From Oceanicaulis sp. (GTDB lineage Bacteria; Pseudomonadota; Alphaproteobacteria; Caulobacterales; Maricaulaceae), in the NCBI GenBank assembly GCA_046542605.1, contig JBKHAZ010000001.1, positions 1 through 40,741 of the forward strand: 40,741 bases of DNA, given 5' to 3'. The notes under the pieces were generated by a model. The model had not been told where the DNA came from. It worked only from the letters and a program-made list of their open reading frames with translations, and did no database searches. How positions within the stretch are numbered: the first letter of the stretch is position 1; each line of letters opens with the position of its first letter. Both the position numbers and the translations under genes were made by a program. This document shows, one piece after another, positions 35,254 to 40,741 of this stretch.

Positions 35254-37830
35254 ATGCCCGCCTCAAGCCCTTCCAACTGGACCGTCATGAAGTTCGGCGG
35301 CGTCTCCGTCGCAGAGCCCGAACGCTGGACCACCATCGCCGCCCTGGTCAGGGAAAAGCTCGAGGCGGGCGGTCATGTGCTCATCGTCCATTCCGCGCTC
35401 GCCGGCGTCTCCAATGCGCTCGAGGCGCTGCCAGGCGAAGCGCTGGCCGGGCGCGGCGAGGCCGGGGCCGGGCAGATCAAGCAACGCCATCGTGACTTCG
35501 CCGCCAAGGCCGGGCTCGACGCCGACGTGCTTCTGGCCGACAGCTTCGAAACGCTGGACCGCCTCGCCGCCGGCGTGGCGCTCATCGGCGAGGCGAGCGC
35601 GCGCGTCCGCGCCGAGCTTCTGGGGCTCGGCGAACTCATGGCGAGCCGGCTGGGGCTCGAATGTCTGAAATCTGAAGGGCTTGAGCCCGCAGCCCTCGAT
35701 GCGCGCGAGGCGCTCACTGCGTTGATCGCCAAGGATGATGCGCGCGCCTATCTCGACAATGCGGTAAGTGACGCGCCCGATCCGGCCCTCGCCGAGCGGC
35801 TGTCGGGCGAGCGCCTGGTGCTCACACAGGGCTTTATCTGCCGCAATGAGCGCGGGGAGACCTGCCTTCTGGGCCGCGGCGGCTCGGACACCTCTGCGGC
35901 GTATTTCGCCGCCAAGCTTCAGGCGGAGAAGCTGGAGATCTGGACCGACGTGCCGGGCCTGTTCAGCGCCGATCCGCGTCTCACCTCCGGCGCCCGGCAT
36001 CTGCGGGCCCTGTCCTATGAAGAGGCCCAGGAAATCGCCACCATGGGCGGCAAGGTGCTGCATCCGCGCTGCATCGGCCCGGCACGGCGTGCGCAGACGC
36101 CGGTCGAGGTGCGCTCCACCCTGCGGCCCGACCTGCCCGGCACCCGGATCACGACCGAGCCCGGCGACGACGCGCCGCGCCTGAAGGCGGTGTCGGTGAA
36201 ATCGGGCGTGCGCCTGGTGGTGATGGAAGGCTCGGGCATGTGGCGCCAGGCCGGCTTCCTGGCCGACGTGTTCGCCGCGTTCAAGACGGTGGGCGTGTCG
36301 GTGGATCTGGTCTCCACCAGCGAAACCAACGTTACGGTGAGCCTCGACCCCGATCCTGGGCTCGACGAGACCCGGCTGTCGCGGCTGAAGGCCGAGCTGG
36401 AGCCGCTGTGCCGGGTGAAGATCATCGAAAACGCCGCCGCGGTGAGCCTTCTGGGCTACGGCATCCGCCGCATCCTGCATCAGCTCGCCCCGGCGCTGGA
36501 GATGTTCCAGGACAAGCCGATTCTCCTGGTCAGCCAGGCGGCCAACGATCTGAACTTCACCGTCGTGGTCAATGAAAGCGAGGGCCGCACGCTTGCCGCG
36601 CGCCTGCACGAAGAGTTGATCGGACCGGCGCCGGAAGGCCCGGTCTTCGGCCCCAGCTGGTCGGAGATCAACGGCCCGGCGCGCACGCGCGCGGTGCGGC
36701 CCGACCCATGGTGGGCGGGACGGCGCGCCGAGCTGTTGAGCGCCGCGCCGCAGACCGGCGGGCGCTATGTCTACGATCTTGCGACCGTGCGTGACCGGGC
36801 GCGCGCCGTGGCGGGGCTGAAGAGCCTCGATCGCGCCTTCTACGCCATGAAGGCGAACAACCATCCAAGGGTGCTCCAGACCATCCGCGAGGCGGGTCTG
36901 GGGTTTGAGTGCGTGTCGCCGGGCGAGATCATGCGCCTGCGCGAGACTTTCATGGACCTCCTCATGGACGAGGTGCTGTTCACCCCGAACTTCGCCCATC
37001 GCAGCGAATACGAGGCGGCGCGGGCGCTGGGCGTGAACCTGACCATTGACGGGCTGCATCCGCTGAAAGAATGGGCCGACGTGTTCAACGGCGCGCGGGT
37101 GATCCTCCGGGTCAATCCCGACCGGCCGCGCGGCCACCACGAGCATGTGAAGACCGCCGGGCCGAAAGCGAAGTTCGGCATCCCGCTCTCGGCGCTGACC
37201 GAGGCGCGCGAGGCCGCCGCGAAAGCCGGCGCCACTGTGGTGGGCCTTCACGCTCACGCCGGCTCGGGCGTCGTCGAGCCGGGCCACTGGCGCGAGATCG
37301 GCGCGATCCTGGCGAAAGCCGCCGGAGCCTTTCCCGATGTGGAGATCCTCAATGTGGGCGGCGGGCTCGGCGTGCCCGAGCGCCCCGACGCGCCGGCTCT
37401 GGACCTCGCCAAGGTGGACGAGGACCTCGCCGCGTTGAAAAAGGCCCATCCCGGCTACCGCATCTGGATGGAGCCCGGCCGCTATCCGGTGGCCGAGGCC
37501 GGCGTGCTGCTGGCGCGCGTCACCCAGGTCAAGCACGCGTACGGCGCACGCTTCATCGGGCTTGGGACCGGCATGAATTCGCTGATCCGCCCGGCGCTCT
37601 ACGGCGCGCGCCACGAGCTGGCGAACCTCACAAGGCTGGGCGAGCAGCCCGTGGGGCTCGCCTCCATCGTCGGACCGATCTGCGAGAGCGCGGACCTGCT
37701 CGGCGCCGAACGCCTGATGCCGGAGACGGCCGAAGGCGATGTCATGCTCATCGCCGAAGCCGGCGCCTACGGCGCGGTCATGGCCAGCCGGTATAATCTG
37801 CGCGAGCCGGCGGACGAGGCGGTGATTTAG
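35254..37830 (+). CDS. Bifunctional aspartate kinase/diaminopimelate decarboxylase (LysC-LysA fusion)
   Basis: Kinase motifs 'KFGG', 'GRGGSDTSA', 'WTDVPG', ACT domains; then DAPDC motifs 'YAMKAN' (PLP Lys), 'HAHAGSG', 'GGG', 'EPGR', 'GPICES', 'GAYG', all in one frame. Confidence 0.93.
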   Translation: MPASSPSNWTVMKFGGVSVAEPERWTTIAALVREKLEAGGHVLIVHSALAGVSNALEALPGEALAGRGEAGAGQIKQRHRDFAAKAGLDADVLLADSFETLDRLAAGVALIGEASARVRAELLGLGELMASRLGLECLKSEGLEPAALDAREALTALIAKDDARAYLDNAVSDAPDPALAERLSGERLVLTQGFICRNERGETCLLGRGGSDTSAAYFAAKLQAEKLEIWTDVPGLFSADPRLTSGARHLRALSYEEAQEIATMGGKVLHPRCIGPARRAQTPVEVRSTLRPDLPGTRITTEPGDDAPRLKAVSVKSGVRLVVMEGSGMWRQAGFLADVFAAFKTVGVSVDLVSTSETNVTVSLDPDPGLDETRLSRLKAELEPLCRVKIIENAAAVSLLGYGIRRILHQLAPALEMFQDKPILLVSQAANDLNFTVVVNESEGRTLAARLHEELIGPAPEGPVFGPSWSEINGPARTRAVRPDPWWAGRRAELLSAAPQTGGRYVYDLATVRDRARAVAGLKSLDRAFYAMKANNHPRVLQTIREAGLGFECVSPGEIMRLRETFMDLLMDEVLFTPNFAHRSEYEAARALGVNLTIDGLHPLKEWADVFNGARVILRVNPDRPRGHHEHVKTAGPKAKFGIPLSALTEAREAAAKAGATVVGLHAHAGSGVVEPGHWREIGAILAKAAGAFPDVEILNVGGGLGVPERPDAPALDLAKVDEDLAALKKAHPGYRIWMEPGRYPVAEAGVLLARVTQVKHAYGARFIGLGTGMNSLIRPALYGARHELANLTRLGEQPVGLASIVGPICESADLLGAERLMPETAEGDVMLIAEAGAYGAVMASRYNLREPADEAVI

Positions 37831-37866
37831 GGCGCGCTTTTCCGTCGAAGACACATGGGTCCGGTT

Positions 37867-37960
37867 TCATCCCCGAACGCCGCCGCAGCGGCGCTAGACC
37901 TTTAAATACCCATGGTTCCCGGTCTCGCTCCCGGCCTGAAGCCGGGGATCGAAGCGGGAC
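37867..37960. repeat. Degenerate REP-like element pair between convergent genes
   Basis: Hairpins CGCCGC-cgca-GCGGCG and CCCGGC-ctgaa-GCCGGG. The arm 'GGTTCCCGG...CGGGAC' resembles the arm at 733-770. Confidence 0.4.
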
Positions 37961-37994
37961 CCGGTTGCGGTGGATCGATAGTGGGCCTACCGCC

Positions 37995-39215
37995 TCACAC
38001 CCGCGGCCGCGTTTTCGGATCGAGCTGGTCGAGGGCCTGCAGCAGGGCGGCGACATGGAGGTCGGTGTTCGTCTCGCGCTTGCGCGCCAGCACCGCATCG
38101 CAGGCCCGATCCAGCGCCTGCTCCCATTCGGCGCGCACCGCGTCCGGATCGGTGTTGTCCGGGTCTTCGTGCTCGCGCCATTCGAAATAGCTCGCCAGCA
38201 CGCCGCCGGCGTTGGCGAGAATGTCCGGGGCGGTCCAGATATTGCGCTTTTCCAGCGCCTCATAGCCCTTATGGGTGATCGGGGCGTTGGCGATCTCCAC
38301 GATGGCGGAGGCGGCGACTTTCTTGGCGCGCCTGGCGTCGATCACATCGGACCGGGCGGCGAGCACGAGCACGTCGGCGTCCACCTTCAGCACGTCCAGC
38401 GGGTCGGCCGGATCGCCCACCCGGCCGGTCTTCGACTTCCGGTCGTTGAGCTCATCCGGGCTGATCCCGTCGGGATCGCGCGCGAGACTTCTGGAATCGG
38501 CCACCGCGACGATGCGCGCGCCGTCCTTCACGGCGGCCTCCACAAAGCCGCGTGCGCCCTTGCCGAAGCCCTGAACGGCGATGCGCGGGCTTTGCGCGCC
38601 GCCGCAATCGGGCGCGACGCGCGCATAGACCCGCCAGGCGCCTTCGCCGGTGGCGCCGGTGCGCAGCTCCAGCCCGCCGCGATCCGCCGGCAGGCCGGTC
38701 ACCGGCGCCTTGCCGTCGCCGGGCTGGATATCCAGCGCGTCGGCCATCGCGGCCATTTCGCGCGCTCCCGTGGCGACGTCGGGCGCGGGCACGTCGCTGT
38801 CGGGTCCGATCACATCTTTAAAGGCGCGGGCGTAATTGCCCGCGATCTCCGCTTTCTGCTCATCGGACAGGGGGGAAGCGTCCACGCGCACCGCACCCTT
38901 CGCGCCGCCGAAGGGCAGGCCGATCAGCGCGCATTTGAGCGTCATCAAAAGCGCCAGGCGCTCGGCTTCCTCCAGATCCGCGCCGCTGGTAAACCGCACC
39001 CCGCCCTTGGTGGGCTCACCGCCTTGTGTGAAGCGCACGCGGAAGGCTTCAAGCGATCCCACGCCGCCCTTGGCCGGGCCGTCGATCGTGCGTTCAAGCC
39101 GGTGGGAGGGCTCGCGCAATCGATCGGCGGCGTTGCGGATGCGCTCATCGCCATGGCGCCGGGCGATGGATTCGATGCGCTTGCGGGAGTCCTTCAGCGG
39201 GCCGGTGTCGAACAT
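37995..39215 (-). CDS. Glu/Leu/Phe/Val dehydrogenase family protein (glutamate dehydrogenase-like, divergent)
   Basis: 'KGGVRF', 'MTLKCA', 'GGAKG', 'DVPAPDV', 'ATG', 'VQGFG', 'PDILANAGGV..SYFEW'. Start MFDTG after a GGAG RBS. Confidence 0.88.
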   Translation of the reverse strand: MFDTGPLKDSRKRIESIARRHGDERIRNAADRLREPSHRLERTIDGPAKGGVGSLEAFRVRFTQGGEPTKGGVRFTSGADLEEAERLALLMTLKCALIGLPFGGAKGAVRVDASPLSDEQKAEIAGNYARAFKDVIGPDSDVPAPDVATGAREMAAMADALDIQPGDGKAPVTGLPADRGGLELRTGATGEGAWRVYARVAPDCGGAQSPRIAVQGFGKGARGFVEAAVKDGARIVAVADSRSLARDPDGISPDELNDRKSKTGRVGDPADPLDVLKVDADVLVLAARSDVIDARRAKKVAASAIVEIANAPITHKGYEALEKRNIWTAPDILANAGGVLASYFEWREHEDPDNTDPDAVRAEWEQALDRACDAVLARKRETNTDLHVAALLQALDQLDPKTRPRV

Positions 39216-39358
39216 GGCGCTCCGTTTCGTATGGCGACGCTCTGTAACTGGCGCGTTCGCGCAGAGTTTCAACTTCGTGATGACACGCCGTTTGCCTTCG
39301 CCCGCGGGCTGCGCCTATCTTCCCGCCCAACGAAAACACCACTGCAAGGGGAAACACC

Positions 39359-40741
39359 ATGCTGAAATCATTGGCCGCAGGGCTTGCGGCGCTGGCGATC
39401 GCCGCGCCCGCCTTCGCCCAGGACGGGGAAAACGGGTCAGGCGACATCCCCGAGCCGCGCTCCTGGGAAAGCACCGGACAGATCAACGCCGGCGGCGAGC
39501 GTATCCGCTACCGCGTCGTGGCGGGCGAGACCCATCTCAAGGACGATGACGGAAACCCCACCGGGTCGATCTTCTCGACCGCCTACCTGAAAGAGGGGGT
39601 CGACGATCCGCGCACGCGGCCTGTGGCGTTCGTGTTCAACGGCGGGCCGGGCTCGGCTTCGCTGTGGCTGCACATGGGCGTGATCGGGCCCAGGCGCGTG
39701 GTTCTGCCCAGCGAACCGCCGGGCGATGACGGTGCGGCGCCGTTCGATGTCCGCGACAACCCGGAAACCCTGCTCGATGAGGCCGACCTGGTCTTCATCG
39801 ACCCCGTCGGCACCGGCTGGAGCCGGGCGCTGGGCGACACCGACCCGGCCGACGAGTTCTGGGGCGTGGACGAGGACGCGGCCTCCATCGCCGAATTCAT
39901 CCGCCGCTGGCTGGCCGAGAACCGGCGCTGGAATTCGCCGAAATACCTGATCGGAGAAAGCTACGGCACCACCCGCATCGGCGCGCTGATGCGCCAGCTG
40001 GAAGCCGGTTGGAACGATGTGTCGATCAACGGCGTGGCGCTGATCTCCGTCGTGCTCGACTTCAAGCTCGATCACACCGCACCGGGCAATGATATCGGTT
40101 ATATCGGCCTGATGCCGGGCTATGCGGCGACGGCCTGGTATCACAACCGCGTCGACCGTAGCGCCTGGAACGGCGACTATGAGGCCTTCCTTGATGAGGC
40201 GCGCGCCTTCGCCACCGACGAATACCTGCCCGCCCTGGTGCGTGGCGCAACGCTGCCGGCCGAAGACGAGCGTCAGGTGATCGCGCGCCTGTCGGATTTC
40301 ACCGGGCTTTCCGAAGATTATCTGCGTCGCGCGAACATGCGCGTCTCCCTGAGCGATTTCCGCGTGGAGCTGCTGCGCGATGAGGGCCTGTCGGTGGGCC
40401 GGTTCGACTCCCGCTTCACCGGGATCGAGCCGGACGCCATCTCCGACAGCCCGGAAGGCGATCCCTCCGGCTACGGCATCGACGGCGCCTACACCGCGGC
40501 GATGCTGGATTACTTCACCCGCGATCTCGGCGTGGAGATCACCGAGCCCTACACCACGCTCGGCGGCGTGCGCGAGTGGAATTGGGACGCCGGCCCTGCG
40601 GGCGGAGATAATTCCTACGTCAACGTCTCGCCCTGGCTGGAGCGGGCCATGCGCCAGAACCGCGATCTGCGCGTTCTGGCCGCGAACGGGATCTATGATC
40701 TCGCCACGCCCTTTTTCGCCACCGAGATGACCTTCAACCGG
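39359..40741 (+). CDS. S10 family serine carboxypeptidase, secreted, 3'-truncated by the window edge (absent from the ORF track)
   Basis: Hand translation: MLKSLAAGLAALAIAAPAFAQ signal; 'FVFNGGPGSAS', 'DLVFIDPVGTGWS', nucleophile 'GESYG', 'GIYDLATP'. No stop found before the end. Confidence 0.9.
   Translation, partial: MLKSLAAGLAALAIAAPAFAQDGENGSGDIPEPRSWESTGQINAGGERIRYRVVAGETHLKDDDGNPTGSIFSTAYLKEGVDDPRTRPVAFVFNGGPGSASLWLHMGVIGPRRVVLPSEPPGDDGAAPFDVRDNPETLLDEADLVFIDPVGTGWSRALGDTDPADEFWGVDEDAASIAEFIRRWLAENRRWNSPKYLIGESYGTTRIGALMRQLEAGWNDVSINGVALISVVLDFKLDHTAPGNDIGYIGLMPGYAATAWYHNRVDRSAWNGDYEAFLDEARAFATDEYLPALVRGATLPAEDERQVIARLSDFTGLSEDYLRRANMRVSLSDFRVELLRDEGLSVGRFDSRFTGIEPDAISDSPEGDPSGYGIDGAYTAAMLDYFTRDLGVEITEPYTTLGGVREWNWDAGPAGGDNSYVNVSPWLERAMRQNRDLRVLAANGIYDLATPFFATEMTFNR

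Noticed and set aside
35263-37854. 863-aa antisense ORF opposite lysC-lysA, and the many other long Arg/Pro/Ala-rich alternative-frame ORFs
   Set aside because: Expected from stop-codon scarcity at high GC; they overlap well-supported genes and lack family motifs.
28802-39215. Thermus-like GDH/APRT-homolog regulatory complex (apt plus divergent GDH)
   Set aside because: apt has all canonical catalytic motifs and lies about 9 kb away in a different transcription unit.

Overview
Dense, high-GC (roughly 70% by eye) chromosomal segment of an alphaproteobacterium. Gene content and promoter motifs point to Caulobacterales/Maricaulales (Maricaulis/Oceanicaulis/Marinicauda-like); this is inference, not a database result. 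It holds about 33 protein-coding genes, mostly housekeeping or metabolic: an acetylated-route arginine operon (argF', bifunctional NAGS/kinase, argC), an L,D-transpeptidase, an exported MsrA, an ArnT-like glycosyltransferase, an Oar-like TonB-dependent receptor followed by PhoD, an AurF-like diiron protein, a lysophospholipase divergent from glpK, PfpI, a CelD/HfsK-like GNAT, rmuC, dcaP-acs with a divergent CrbR/ErdR-like regulator, yihY, apt, an OmpR/EnvZ pair, three hypotheticals, amn with a small upstream partner, a lysC-lysA fusion, a divergent Glu/Leu/Phe/Val dehydrogenase and a truncated S10 peptidase. I found no transposase, integrase, phage gene, CRISPR array, tRNA or rRNA, and no unmistakable novel multi-gene system. 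The best unexplained signals are non-coding: 11-bp-periodic Pho boxes in front of both the receptor and phoD, an orphan terminator implying a small RNA, a perfect operator over the diiron gene promoter, a shared CtrA-like motif before two hypothetical membrane genes, EcfG-type promoters and REP-like elements. Two genes missing from the ORF track (a 59-aa membrane protein and the S10 peptidase) were added by hand.
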